Shown piece by piece: positions 1 through 9,193 of a DNA stretch of 36,550 bases. The position numbers were made by a program, and so were the translations under genes. How positions within the stretch are numbered: position 1 is the stretch's first letter; each line of letters opens with the position of its first letter. The notes beneath the pieces are model-generated. The model did no database searches. It was not told the DNA's origin and saw only the letters and a list, made by a program, of their open reading frames with translations. Source of the DNA: an uncultured virus (IMG/VR IMGVR_UViG_3300021087_000006). Its lineage: Duplodnaviria; Heunggongvirae; Uroviricota; Caudoviricetes. The stretch lies in IMG/VR virus record IMGVR_UViG_3300021087_000006; one strand, written 5' to 3'.

Positions 1-1
1 T

Positions 2-277
2 AATCCAGTTACTAACCCTCCAGCTACAAGTTCTGTGACACGCCCGACTATTTCACTCAACCCCGGACCTGCTTACCAGTCTGGGTCTCAAGGTTTTACA
101 AGACAACCCGGAAGAACTACAACAGGATTGAGTGGTGGCTCTTTGCAGATGCCTTTTCCCGGAATGGGCAAGCCAGCTTACACGACCACGACGGGCAAGC
201 CCGCTGGTAGGACTCAAACTCGTCGTCCAAACATAGCAATGAACCAATCTCGACCTACACAACAACAACTATTCTGA
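2..277 (+). CDS. 5'-truncated Pro/Thr/Gly/Gln-rich hypothetical protein ending in QQQLF
   Basis: Frame is open from window position 2 to TGA at 275-277; low-complexity sequence. Confidence 0.6.
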   Translation, partial: NPVTNPPATSSVTRPTISLNPGPAYQSGSQGFTRQPGRTTTGLSGGSLQMPFPGMGKPAYTTTTGKPAGRTQTRRPNIAMNQSRPTQQQLF

Positions 278-289
278 TAGGATATAAAC

Positions 290-478
290 ATGGCAGTTAA
301 TGAATCTCGCTCAATGAACCAAGACATGGCACAGGGTAAAAACGATGGCACCTACAAGCTGTTGTATCCTGACCGTGGCGGTGAAGTAGAAATGACAAAC
401 ATTGCTACACGTAGCCGTGAACTTCCTTGGCATTATGGCCTAGACGCAGACGGATTTCCTGTTAAGATAAAATCATAA
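290..478 (+). CDS. small hypothetical phage protein (leaderless)
   Basis: ORF preceded by TGA-TAGGAT (278-283), a 6-nt spacer and ATG. Confidence 0.7.
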   Translation: MAVNESRSMNQDMAQGKNDGTYKLLYPDRGGEVEMTNIATRSRELPWHYGLDADGFPVKIKS

Positions 479-507
479 CAATTAACCCCTAACACGGAGT
501 ACAATTT

Positions 508-1062
508 ATGCCCCGCTTACTAGTTTGTAAGCCCTGTGGTGTGGTATACAACATGCAGGACTACGATGGACCGCCCGAATACGATCAGGAATTACGTGAG
601 GTAATTGATCGACACCTAGGACAGGCATCCGATCCCCGACCAGAGTCTCATGGGTCCATGATATTTAGATGTGACAAGGAAACCGCCTCTAAGTTAGACA
701 TGGAAACCGAAGTCAAAAAAGAACTCATGAAAAATGAGATTGAAGTGAGGGAGCTAAGAAATGACCTCAAAGAAGATGCTCTTAAATGCTTTAGTAAGCA
801 TGGCCGCCCTAAGATGGACTGCTTGGACTACTGTAGTGAGGAAAAGACTATCGGTCGCAAGGTGGGTGTCCCCAAGAGTAAGAGACAATATCTTTGCATG
901 TACTGCCCAGTGCAGGAATACTATCAACACAAGATACGTGATGCTAAAGGATTGTATAGCACTAAGCACGACACCGTTGACAGAATGGTGGATGTTAAGC
1001 CTACTAGTCGGACTAACGCAAACGCCGACCTCGGTAAGAAGCTCTGGACTCCTAGAGGGTAA
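508..1062 (+). CDS. Cys-rich, probably zinc-binding hypothetical protein
   Basis: N-terminal CKPC; C-terminal C..H..CLDYC..CMYC; GGAG SD. Confidence 0.75.
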   Translation: MPRLLVCKPCGVVYNMQDYDGPPEYDQELREVIDRHLGQASDPRPESHGSMIFRCDKETASKLDMETEVKKELMKNEIEVRELRNDLKEDALKCFSKHGRPKMDCLDYCSEEKTIGRKVGVPKSKRQYLCMYCPVQEYYQHKIRDAKGLYSTKHDTVDRMVDVKPTSRTNANADLGKKLWTPRG

Positions 1063-1548
1063 ATGATATTAATAACAATGGACACCTTGGCATTACCAGC
1101 CGAGACTGTCGGAACACGCAAGCCCAGTGTTGAAGGGCGTGGGTTGTGGAACATGCTATTCCAGCAATATAACGGCAGTATTCTACTGATAGCTGATGTC
1201 AATGATGACAAAGACCACTTAGAGCATTGGCTTAAGACAAATGGGTACAAGCCCAGTATGTTGGATTTTGCCATTGACAATACACCTAGAGAAAAGGTCA
1301 GACGAGCTACGCAACTCAGGAACGCCTTTGGAACTGTACGCTGGTTTGTAGACGTTGATCCGTACTCTGCACAGTTAGCTTTAGAGGAGGGTCTACCCAC
1401 TTTAATTGCTGTGGCTCCCTCTGTACCACGAATTGAGTGGCGTACAGAGAACAAAGAGGCCAAGAGTACACCGTGGGACACACTGGTAGAGGAGATAGAC
1501 CGCCAGAAGGTTATGCGTGCAGAGGCTAGTTGGGGAGAGATAGAATGA
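1063..1548 (+). CDS. hypothetical protein, possibly HAD-like fold
   Basis: N-terminal hydrophobic strand followed by D (ILITMD) and later FVDVD; abuts neighbouring genes. Confidence 0.55.
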   Translation: MILITMDTLALPAETVGTRKPSVEGRGLWNMLFQQYNGSILLIADVNDDKDHLEHWLKTNGYKPSMLDFAIDNTPREKVRRATQLRNAFGTVRWFVDVDPYSAQLALEEGLPTLIAVAPSVPRIEWRTENKEAKSTPWDTLVEEIDRQKVMRAEASWGEIE

Positions 1549-2966
1549 AGGTTTACTTCGGTGGAGCGGAGAAGGGGTCTTACAGGTCGATACTATTATC
1601 AGCAGGAGTTACATCCTTTGGTATGAATTTGACACAGTTTGCTATACCCAAGCGTAAAGAATTAATACTCAGCGACAAGTTTGAGGGGGGTGACGTTCTT
1701 CTATACACCTCAGAAACCGATGAAGATATCCATAGGTTTGACTCGTTCGTGAGACAGCACGAGCAGGACTTGGACATTGTCATTGGCAGACCAGACTATG
1801 ACGGTGAATGGCTTGGGGCTAAGTACGTACCAATCTGGAATGACAAAGAGGACGTAGAGCGTCTGGCTTGGTTATGTCAGTCTTATGGTCGGGTGGCTTT
1901 AAGTGATAAAGGTATAACAGCAAAGACACTACCTCGCATCAACCAACTACAACAACGCTGGGGAACAAAGATGGTAGCCCTGACCTCTAAAGTGGACTCA
2001 ATCGAGGCAGGTAACTGGGACGCTGTGGTTGTGGGTTCTTGGACATCTGTAATACGTTATGGAGAAACACAGGTGTGGGATGGGCACGGGTTACGTAGGT
2101 ATCCCGCTCAACAAAAAGAAAGTGCTAGACGAAAGCATCGTGCTGATATTACTCGTATAGGTATTGACTATGCAGAAATAGAAGAGGAGTCGGTTACAGC
2201 TTTAGGTCTTCTAGCGATCAGATCGTGGCAGTTATGGTTGGGTGATTCTTCGGGCTATGACCTTCCAGATTCCTCTGTTGGGGGTAAGTCTGGGGACTCA
2301 GATAATACTGAGATAATTGATATCGACAGTAAAGACCATAGTGGAGATAATGAGGTTTCTAACCTACCTGATATTGCTATTGGTGCACCAAATAAGCGGC
2401 ACGAAAATGAACGAACATTGTTACCGGGTGTAGGTATAGAACGCATCACTTCTATGGGTGAGCAAATAGCCGATGAGCAGGGAGAATACACTGAAATCGC
2501 CCCAAACGTAGTTAACACACTAACCACTCAAGAGAGCATTTTGAGGCAGTGTGATAATTGCTATCTGGCATCACGATGTCCTGCATTCATGGAACATTCA
2601 GAATGTGGTTTTAAGTTACCTGTAGAGATAAGGACTAAGGATCAACTAAACGCTGCTATGAGGGTAATGATTGAGATGCAGGTAAGTAGGGTTTTGTTCT
2701 CTAGATTTGCTGAGGAGCTAGAAGGTCAAGGGTTAGACCCAGCACTATCTTCCGAGATGGATCGACTATTCAATCTCATAGACAAGATGAAAACTGTTAA
2801 TGAGTCTAGAGAGATGTTAAGTATATCTATGGAGACTAGAGGTAATAGTGGAGTTCTATCGAGATTGTTTGGAGCCAAAGCAGGAGAGACAGCTAGACAA
2901 TTACCCGGCGGTGGTTTTACTGAACAAGAGACAGACAACATAATTGATGGAACGGTGCTGGACTAG
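1545..2966 (+). CDS. large protein with a possible degenerate TGT/DpdA-like barrel and a C-terminal Cys cluster
   Basis: Start reassigned to ATG 1545 (ATGA overlap). KVYFGGAE start, SWTSVIRYG and CDNCYLASRC...C. The fold call is low confidence. Confidence 0.6.
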   Translation: MKVYFGGAEKGSYRSILLSAGVTSFGMNLTQFAIPKRKELILSDKFEGGDVLLYTSETDEDIHRFDSFVRQHEQDLDIVIGRPDYDGEWLGAKYVPIWNDKEDVERLAWLCQSYGRVALSDKGITAKTLPRINQLQQRWGTKMVALTSKVDSIEAGNWDAVVVGSWTSVIRYGETQVWDGHGLRRYPAQQKESARRKHRADITRIGIDYAEIEEESVTALGLLAIRSWQLWLGDSSGYDLPDSSVGGKSGDSDNTEIIDIDSKDHSGDNEVSNLPDIAIGAPNKRHENERTLLPGVGIERITSMGEQIADEQGEYTEIAPNVVNTLTTQESILRQCDNCYLASRCPAFMEHSECGFKLPVEIRTKDQLNAAMRVMIEMQVSRVLFSRFAEELEGQGLDPALSSEMDRLFNLIDKMKTVNESREMLSISMETRGNSGVLSRLFGAKAGETARQLPGGGFTEQETDNIIDGTVLD

Positions 2967-3109
2967 TGCTGTTGTTTTTGAATATACTCTTAGGAGTGCT
3001 GTTTGGGTGCATGGGTGGAACAGTATTTGTTTGGTATTGGGATTGGCTATTAGGCCAACATGATGATGATGGGACTTGGTGGGAAGATGGAAACGCCAGT
3101 ATGGATTAA
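2966..3109 (+). CDS. 47-aa membrane peptide (not in ORF track)
   Basis: GTG overlaps the previous stop; hydrophobic LLFLNILLGVLFGCMGGTVFVWYW followed by an acidic tail. Confidence 0.5.
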   Translation: MLLFLNILLGVLFGCMGGTVFVWYWDWLLGQHDDDGTWWEDGNASMD

Positions 3110-3473
3110 CACTGCACCATGCACTGGGAAAGCACAGTTTATGTGGTACCCACCTTGGGAGGCTAAAGACCCAAACCAGTGGTATGAAATGGGTAGGTTG
3201 GTGTGTGCCACCTGTGAGGTGTGGGAAGAATGCTTAGAGTATGGCAAAGATGAACGATGGGGTATGTGGGGCGGACTAACACCAAAGGAACGCAAGAAGT
3301 CATCTAAAACACATGGTAATTGGAGAGATTACAGGAGGGGCTGTGACTGTGGAGAATGCACAATCGCACATGTAATACAGATGTTAGAAGACCCAATCGA
3401 CATTGACGTGTTGCCAAACAAGGAAACTACTGAGTATGATGATCCGAGTGGACTACTATTTAACATTTTATGA
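3087..3473 (+). CDS. whiB: WhiB-family Fe-S transcription factor with an extra C-terminal HG..Y..GCxCxxC segment
   Basis: APC...CATCEVWEEC...WGMWGGLTPKER matches the WhiB four-Cys and G[VI]WGG signature. Confidence 0.9.
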   Translation: METPVWINTAPCTGKAQFMWYPPWEAKDPNQWYEMGRLVCATCEVWEECLEYGKDERWGMWGGLTPKERKKSSKTHGNWRDYRRGCDCGECTIAHVIQMLEDPIDIDVLPNKETTEYDDPSGLLFNIL

Positions 3474-3640
3474 ACTGCTGGAACTGTAAGACAGAACTAA
3501 TTTGGGGCGGTGATCACGACCTTGAAGCAGACTATATGCCTGCTATTATGGGCGAAGACTACACCATACTAACCAACTTGAGTTGCCCCAATGAAAACTG
3601 TGGTGCTTACGTAGAGGTTTACCACGGTAAAAATTGGTAA
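3470..3640 (+). CDS. 56-aa zinc-ribbon-like phage protein (not in ORF track)
   Basis: MNCWNCKTELIWGGDHD...NLSCPNENCGAYVEVY; ATGA overlap with the whiB stop. Confidence 0.75.
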   Translation: MNCWNCKTELIWGGDHDLEADYMPAIMGEDYTILTNLSCPNENCGAYVEVYHGKNW

Positions 3641-3662
3641 CAGACAAATAAGGAAGGTAACC

Positions 3663-4523
3663 ATGAGTTTGCTCGGTAGATATACCATCGGGTTTTTAAT
3701 AACCAGTCTTGTGTTTTTCCTGATAGCACTCATAGTGCAGGCAGAGGAACTAACACCACTACAAGACAACAATAGTTCTATGGTTGTTGCAACATTAGTG
3801 CCTTACACAGAAAATCGACTAGAAAGTCCATCACCTATTACAGCGTTAGACGCAGAAGAGGTTCTGATGTTCGTCAGGCACATGGACAACACTACTGACC
3901 GCCGTCAAGTAGCTACGACTACCACCATTTCCACAATTACGCCTTACAAGGTAACTAGTGAAGATGATGTGGAAGTGCCTTACCTAATTGATCAGCTTTA
4001 TGGGTATTACGAAAAAGGTAATCACATTAAAGCGTTACAGGAGCTACTAGGCATGGAGCAGGTAGATGGTGTGTATGGCAGGAACACTCGCAAAACACAC
4101 ATGGCATGGTTTGGCTCTAACACGGAAGCCTTACATCATTTCAATGACCGCAACCAGTGGTACATAGAAGCTATTGACCCTGAGCCTGCTGATGAATACT
4201 TAGGTCAGTACTGGTTGGACAGACCCACGCTGGGTGAACTCGTAGATGAGCACTTCAAACCTGAACACCGCTCGCTATTTTTGAAAATAGCCTTCTGTGA
4301 GAGTAGCGCTCAACCAGAAGACACTTTCAACGATGCTGTATCACCAGCGTTAGCCGTAGGTGCATTCCAGCACATGGCTCGCTACTGGCGCACTCGCTCT
4401 GAGGATGCCTCGATGAAGGGATGGGACATATTTGATATGAAGGCTCAGGTAAAAGTAGCCAGTCATCTTTTCTATACTTCTGGGATACACCATTGGAATC
4501 CTTCTCGTAAATGTTGGGGATAG
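3663..4523 (+). CDS. membrane-anchored or secreted lytic transglycosylase (SLT/Rpf-like) with a peptidoglycan-binding domain
   Basis: N-terminal TM/signal; IKALQELLG..VDGVYGRNT (PG-binding-1-like); IAFCESS...GAFQH catalytic-Glu motif; SD AAGGAAGG. Confidence 0.8.
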   Translation: MSLLGRYTIGFLITSLVFFLIALIVQAEELTPLQDNNSSMVVATLVPYTENRLESPSPITALDAEEVLMFVRHMDNTTDRRQVATTTTISTITPYKVTSEDDVEVPYLIDQLYGYYEKGNHIKALQELLGMEQVDGVYGRNTRKTHMAWFGSNTEALHHFNDRNQWYIEAIDPEPADEYLGQYWLDRPTLGELVDEHFKPEHRSLFLKIAFCESSAQPEDTFNDAVSPALAVGAFQHMARYWRTRSEDASMKGWDIFDMKAQVKVASHLFYTSGIHHWNPSRKCWG

Positions 4524-4538
4524 TGGTATTATTGATGT

Positions 4539-4937
4539 ATGCCCCAATCGCACGATAAGTTTGACCAATTCAAACCGTCAGAGTCAGATGATCTCGGAAT
4601 ACCTGAAGGTGTAATGGAGACTATGTCAGAGGGAGCTAAGATGATAGGTCAGGGAGCTAAAGCAGGTTTTCAGTCGGCTAGTCCATCCACCAAGATGGCA
4701 ACGGTAGCTACTGGTGTAGCTGGGGTGGTTGGGTCAGCTACAGGTCAATTACCACCTGATGTCGGTCTTGTTATAGCATCTAGCGCACCAGCACTTCCGT
4801 TTCTACGTCAGGGTGCAGAGATGCTAGGAAAATCGTCTGGATCTAGAAATAGTACCAGAGAACGTAAACCTATCAAGGAGGCACTTAACCCAGTGAAGGT
4901 TATAAAGGGGTTAATGGAGCCACCTAATAATCCGTAA
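4539..4937 (+). CDS. hypothetical protein (leaderless)
   Basis: TGG-TATTAT (4527-4532), 6 nt, ATG. Confidence 0.7.
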   Translation: MPQSHDKFDQFKPSESDDLGIPEGVMETMSEGAKMIGQGAKAGFQSASPSTKMATVATGVAGVVGSATGQLPPDVGLVIASSAPALPFLRQGAEMLGKSSGSRNSTRERKPIKEALNPVKVIKGLMEPPNNP

Positions 4938-5020
4938 TGTCAGCAGTCACTGTTGGTATTTCAGCGGTAATAATTGTTGCAACAATGATAGGATACTGGT
5001 TCTATCGGGAATACTTTTAA
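4937..5020 (+). CDS. 27-aa single-TM peptide (not in ORF track)
   Basis: TAATG overlap; MSAVTVGISAVIIVATMIGYWFYREYF. Confidence 0.4.
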   Translation: MSAVTVGISAVIIVATMIGYWFYREYF

Positions 5021-5086
5021 TTTCTCATTTTTTATTGCATTTATTGATATCTACCATTAAGGTGATGCTTATGGAGGAGGTGCGTT

Positions 5087-5272
5087 TTGGATGAATCTGG
5101 CTTTAAGGAAGACTTTATACAGCGAGAGACTCCCTTTGGTATCCAGACAATTTGGATCAAGGACAGTCCCAAGCATAAAGCTAAAGCTGGGACTTCATTC
5201 ATAGAACCTTACGAGGGATCACTTCCACCACGAACAATTAAATTAAAGAAGAAGTATAGACAACGATCATAA
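5087..5272 (+). CDS. small basic hypothetical protein
   Basis: Strong SD GGAGGAGG before TTG. Confidence 0.55.
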   Translation: MDESGFKEDFIQRETPFGIQTIWIKDSPKHKAKAGTSFIEPYEGSLPPRTIKLKKKYRQRS

Positions 5273-5281
5273 GGACATAAG

Positions 5282-5638
5282 ATGGTAACAACAAGGAAGG
5301 GCGAGTCAGGATCGACTGACAGACCAGTAATACAGATGGCTCCACCACCACCAGATGACTCTGGCACATACACAATGGCGTTGGTTTTTGATGTTGACCT
5401 AAGAGAAGAACACAAGTCGTACATGGAGTGGTCTAAAGACCAATCACCGCAAGATGCCAAACCCTTTTTAGATGAAATATCTGCCATAGGTACGGAGGTA
5501 GTTAACTCAATAACAACTTCTGGAATGCTTGACTCTGCTGGATGGGGTCTCTCAATCAGGCGTGGCAGAGTAATCATAAATGATGTCCGGCATGTAGTTA
5601 ACACAGAAGAACTTAATTCAGATGATGAACCATTTTAA
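5282..5638 (+). CDS. hypothetical protein
   Basis: ORF with AAGGA SD. Confidence 0.65.
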   Translation: MVTTRKGESGSTDRPVIQMAPPPPDDSGTYTMALVFDVDLREEHKSYMEWSKDQSPQDAKPFLDEISAIGTEVVNSITTSGMLDSAGWGLSIRRGRVIINDVRHVVNTEELNSDDEPF

Positions 5639-5641
5639 AGA

Positions 5642-5713
5642 TGTGGCGCGTACCACAGTGTTGGTTCGGGGTGTGCATCTTCCCACCAAGTCCCACGCCC
5701 CGAATCACCACAC
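5642..5713 (+). terminator. intergenic double hairpin (terminator or structured leader)
   Basis: TGTGG/CCACA (5642-5657), then a long stem GTGTTGGTTCGGGGTGTG ... CACGCCCCGAATCACCACAC (5658-5713). Confidence 0.5.
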
Positions 5714-5731
5714 ACTAACACATTCACAAGT

Positions 5732-6559
5732 ATGAAAGCATTTATAACAACAGTAATTGTTGCAGGCATTATTACAGCAGTAGCAACGTCAGTGAACGCT
5801 CATCACGACATGATCTACACACCATGTGACACAGCTACCGGGCATGTCCACATGAGCTACGAAGAAATGGTTGCTCGTATCACAATTATGGAGCAAGACG
5901 GAACTATTCCAGCAGGCATGATTTCAAGGTATATAGAAGCAAGGGATGGCGGTAAAGGGAACGAAGATCCTCGTTTCGTTTGGGCTAGGAACTTGGAAGA
6001 AGGGCAGATACTTTCTTTAGGTAACTGGGCTAGTGGTCACCATCCTGAGCTTGAGCAACTTATGTTTAATTCGGGACTGGTAGCTGAGTGGCAACTCGAT
6101 GCCAACAAGCAGGTGAGACGCTTTAACGATCCGTACTGGATGCAAGCCAATCCGCTGTCACCATCGTTTACAGTGTGGCAGTCATTGTGCATGGCTAACT
6201 TAGGGTACTCAATTCCTTTGTTTGAAATAGATGAAGCTGGTCAGTGGGTGTCGAACATACCTAGTACAACCACAACGACTACTACGACTACCACGACCAC
6301 TGTTCCACCTACAACTACCGTTACCCCATTAAATAATCCGATTCAAAAGTCCGTACCTAAAATCACAGACGACTATGACTGGTTTGATGCTGAGTGGGAT
6401 GGCTACCCATTTGAACCCACAATAATCCTATTAGAAAGTCGATACCCCCCGAATACATCTAACAAGAACCACTTTAGGTTGTCGGTGGCGGTAGAATTTC
6501 TTAAACAAGGTGGCTTGCTTAAAGGGCTAGATAACACATGGAATGGGGTGACTGATTAA
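5732..6559 (+). CDS. secreted protein with a Thr-rich linker
   Basis: Signal peptide MKAFITTVIVAGIITAVATSVNA; poly-Thr run. Confidence 0.75.
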   Translation: MKAFITTVIVAGIITAVATSVNAHHDMIYTPCDTATGHVHMSYEEMVARITIMEQDGTIPAGMISRYIEARDGGKGNEDPRFVWARNLEEGQILSLGNWASGHHPELEQLMFNSGLVAEWQLDANKQVRRFNDPYWMQANPLSPSFTVWQSLCMANLGYSIPLFEIDEAGQWVSNIPSTTTTTTTTTTTTVPPTTTVTPLNNPIQKSVPKITDDYDWFDAEWDGYPFEPTIILLESRYPPNTSNKNHFRLSVAVEFLKQGGLLKGLDNTWNGVTD

Positions 6560-6933
6560 TGCACTATGCGAGGGTACAAGTCAAAGGTAAGATGTATTAT
6601 CTAGGTCGCTTTATATCGAAAGAAATAGCTAACGCCACCAGACAGGGCGCTCTCACCATTTTAGAAAAATTGAATGTTGAGGAAAAAAGTAATGATAAAA
6701 AAGAGTACGAAAAACATCGTAATGTCTCAAAGCCTAAATTAGAAGTACTAGAAAAGATGATAAACACAGGTGTATTTGATGATGATGTTGAGGTTCTGGA
6801 CTCATTGGGATTTGCAATAAATAGGCGTAGAGAAATGGTCATGAGAATGAGAACGATGACATCTTCAAAGATAAATTTGTCATCAAAAGAAATTGCAGAA
6901 ATATCTTCTAGTGGGGTTGGTGAACATATCTGA
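6559..6933 (+). CDS. AP2-like DNA-binding domain protein
   Basis: N-terminal YARVQVKGKMYYLGRFISKEIANA resembles the AP2 consensus (A.I..gk..yLG.F...e.A). Confidence 0.6.
   Translation: MHYARVQVKGKMYYLGRFISKEIANATRQGALTILEKLNVEEKSNDKKEYEKHRNVSKPKLEVLEKMINTGVFDDDVEVLDSLGFAINRRREMVMRMRTMTSSKINLSSKEIAEISSSGVGEHI
6712..6725 (+). repeat. AAACATCGTAATGT motif copy 1 (inside AP2-like gene)
   Basis: Exact match to seven other copies. Confidence 0.95.
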
Positions 6934-6987
6934 CGTTAGTAGTATTGCTAATGTGTCTACATAACGACAACTCGAAAGGGAGGACAC

Positions 6988-8052
6988 ATGAGTCAAGAAA
7001 CGTCAGAGTGGTTGAACCAGAATGTACTGGTTGGGTTCACATCCAAGCGTGGTAACGCTTGGCACTACAAAGAATCAGATCAGGGTGATGAGCCAAATCA
7101 CTATGAAATGAATATACCTGTTGAAGATGTAGAACGTAGACTGTTCTACTGGGATGCAGTTTCATTTCCTGTCTCTGTGACAGTACCAACAACATCGTAT
7201 GATCCACATATTGATGGACTAGATAAACTAACAGGTTCGCCATATAAGCATAAGCACGTTGCGGACTGGCAAGCCATTGGCAGGTCAGATACTAATGAAG
7301 TATTCAGAATGTTCAAGAAGACTTATGAAATACATCAATACAAGAATTGGTTGCTGGACACAGTTGCCAACCTAGTTGACGACAGCGACATTGCCATCGC
7401 CAGCGCAGGGCTACTCAAGAATGGTGGAGTAGCGTGGGTAAGCATCGAGCTACCCGAGAACCTCCAAACTCCGCAGGGGTTTGACATTCGACCACAGCTA
7501 CTGGCAACCACTAGTCATGATGGATCACTTGCTACTACGTTCAAACAAACAGCGACAGCAGTTGTTTGTGACAACACACTTGCATGGGGACTTCGTGATG
7601 GTGGACAGGTCAGTCGTGTCCGTCACACAACTAACTCTGGATTCAAACTTCAGAATGTTCGTGAAGCTCTTGACCTAGTCCACCTAGCTGGTGATGACGT
7701 TATGGCAGAGATCGAGAGACTCTCCAACATCAAGGTCAACGATTTTCAGTTTGATCGAATACTGAAGAATCTAATTCCAGTACCGTCACTTGACACCAGT
7801 AACCAAGCTGGCGTGACCAGAGCTACTAACAAGAAGTCAAAGATCCGTAACCTGTGGAACGAAGATGAAAGAGTGACTCAATGGAAGGGTACTGCACTCG
7901 GAGTCGTCCAAGCGTTCAACACTTACGACCATCACTACATGGGCAAGAAAGAAAAGCGTGTAGAGCGCAACATGAATAATGCTCTTACTGGTCGTACAGC
8001 TAAGGCAGACGACCTAGTACTTCAGACCGTCTTAGAGACAGTCGGTGCTTAG
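6988..8052 (+). CDS. DUF932 / LGT_TIGR03299-family phage/plasmid protein
   Basis: AGLLKNGGVAWV, LLATTSHDGS, VVCDNTL, RHT and WKGTALGVVQAFNTYDHH; strong SD GGGAGG. Confidence 0.9.
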   Translation: MSQETSEWLNQNVLVGFTSKRGNAWHYKESDQGDEPNHYEMNIPVEDVERRLFYWDAVSFPVSVTVPTTSYDPHIDGLDKLTGSPYKHKHVADWQAIGRSDTNEVFRMFKKTYEIHQYKNWLLDTVANLVDDSDIAIASAGLLKNGGVAWVSIELPENLQTPQGFDIRPQLLATTSHDGSLATTFKQTATAVVCDNTLAWGLRDGGQVSRVRHTTNSGFKLQNVREALDLVHLAGDDVMAEIERLSNIKVNDFQFDRILKNLIPVPSLDTSNQAGVTRATNKKSKIRNLWNEDERVTQWKGTALGVVQAFNTYDHHYMGKKEKRVERNMNNALTGRTAKADDLVLQTVLETVGA

Positions 8053-8071
8053 GCGTTGATGGTAGCGATTT

Positions 8072-8105
8072 GGATAGGAGGGTTTGTGGTTATACCTTCC
8101 TATCC
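8072..8105 (+). terminator. hairpin after the DUF932 gene
   Basis: 12-bp stem GGATAGGAGGGT / ACCTTCCTATCC, followed by a second small hairpin GGTGTC/GACACC (8111-8125). Confidence 0.6.
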
Positions 8106-8135
8106 TTGTCGGTGTCCTCGACACCATACAATTAA

Positions 8136-8279
8136 ATGGTAAGTAAAAATATAAGAGGAGTCACTAGGTGTCAAGAATGTTTGTGGTACATAGGCAACAG
8201 AATCTTGAAAAAACATCGTAATGTCTGCCCGAATTGTGAAAGCGAGATAGAAGATGACATCGTCATACGAGAAAAGTAA
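8136..8279 (+). CDS. 47-aa CxxC..CxxC zinc-ribbon protein (not in ORF track)
   Basis: MVSKNIRGVTRCQECLW...KKHRNVCPNCESE. Confidence 0.55.
   Translation: MVSKNIRGVTRCQECLWYIGNRILKKHRNVCPNCESEIEDDIVIREK
8211..8224 (+). repeat. AAACATCGTAATGT motif copy 2
   Basis: Exact match. Confidence 0.95.
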
Positions 8280-8610
8280 AGACTACCGAAGCACAGTAGG
8301 TAGTGACATGGAAAAGATACATAGGCGGTTGGATGATATTGCCCAAGCCATAGGTTACCTAAGTCAAGTTTTAGAGGTAGCGATAAAAGAGTGGGAGAGG
8401 CGCAAAGAGTATGAGCATAGCAGAAGTACTTATGGTCTCTATGATCCACAGGAGTACCGCAGGTCGTATGACGAGTTTTCAGGTCGCTATGACAATCCAG
8501 TTCCACGATACGAACCATACGATCCAAAACAAGATCCTAGCAGAGTGGTAGTAACTGATGAGAGTATGGCATCAGGATTCAAAGAAGGCTCGGAAGAAGC
8601 TACTGATTAA
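8254..8610 (+). CDS. hypothetical protein
   Basis: ORF; start uncertain. Confidence 0.6.
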   Translation: MTSSYEKSKDYRSTVGSDMEKIHRRLDDIAQAIGYLSQVLEVAIKEWERRKEYEHSRSTYGLYDPQEYRRSYDEFSGRYDNPVPRYEPYDPKQDPSRVVVTDESMASGFKEGSEEATD

Positions 8611-8619
8611 TTAAATAAC

Positions 8620-8649
8620 TTGCAAAAGTTCTAAACATAGATATATAGT
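8620..8649 (+). promoter_or_regulatory. sigma70/SigA-like promoter for the small-gene operon
   Basis: TTGCAA (8620-8625), 18 nt, TATAGT (8644-8649); AT-rich upstream; SD at 8671. Confidence 0.6.
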
Positions 8650-8684
8650 ACTAAGTACACACATAGCAATAAGGAAGGTAACAC

Positions 8685-9032
8685 ATGAGTACAATAATCA
8701 CCATCTACCATCAGGGTAACTCGACACTTTTTAATGACTTCGATCCTGATACAGCAACACTCAAGCTGGCATACTCTTATCTTGATGACTCTTGGGAAGA
8801 AGATGACTGGATAGATCCTCCAATGTTCTTGGAGGGAGTGTTTCGTGACAACAACGCTGGTGCAGGAGGTCATGAACTAAATGTACAACATTGCACACGC
8901 TCGCTAAGTGATGGTGATGTGGTAGGACTACCCGATGGATTTGGATACTGGACAGTATGTGCTATGGGTTGGTCAGAAGTAACTGTTGACGAAGTTGAGC
9001 AGGCTCTCAACAGAAACATCGTAATGTCATGA
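8685..9032 (+). CDS. hypothetical protein (RSLSxGDVV motif, YodL-like)
   Basis: SD AAGGAAGG; TRSLSDGDVVGL. Confidence 0.75.
   Translation: MSTIITIYHQGNSTLFNDFDPDTATLKLAYSYLDDSWEEDDWIDPPMFLEGVFRDNNAGAGGHELNVQHCTRSLSDGDVVGLPDGFGYWTVCAMGWSEVTVDEVEQALNRNIVMS
9014..9027 (+). repeat. AAACATCGTAATGT motif copy 3 (one base before ATG 9029)
   Basis: Exact match. Confidence 0.95.
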
Positions 9033-9193
9033 GTAAAGTAAAAGAGCAACAACGTATCTGCAAGGGAGTGGAGAGGTGGAATCCCGATTGTACGACTGTT
9101 CTCAGTAGGTACAATCCCAACGACATCTGTCAGGCGTGTATTCGTAAGATACCTTCCATACATCTACCTGAGTTCTTGGAGATGAAGCTGTGA
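9029..9193 (+). CDS. 54-aa four-Cys protein (not in ORF track)
   Basis: ATGA/GTGA overlaps at both ends; RICK...CTTVLSRYN..ICQAC. Confidence 0.7.
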   Translation: MSKVKEQQRICKGVERWNPDCTTVLSRYNPNDICQACIRKIPSIHLPEFLEMKL

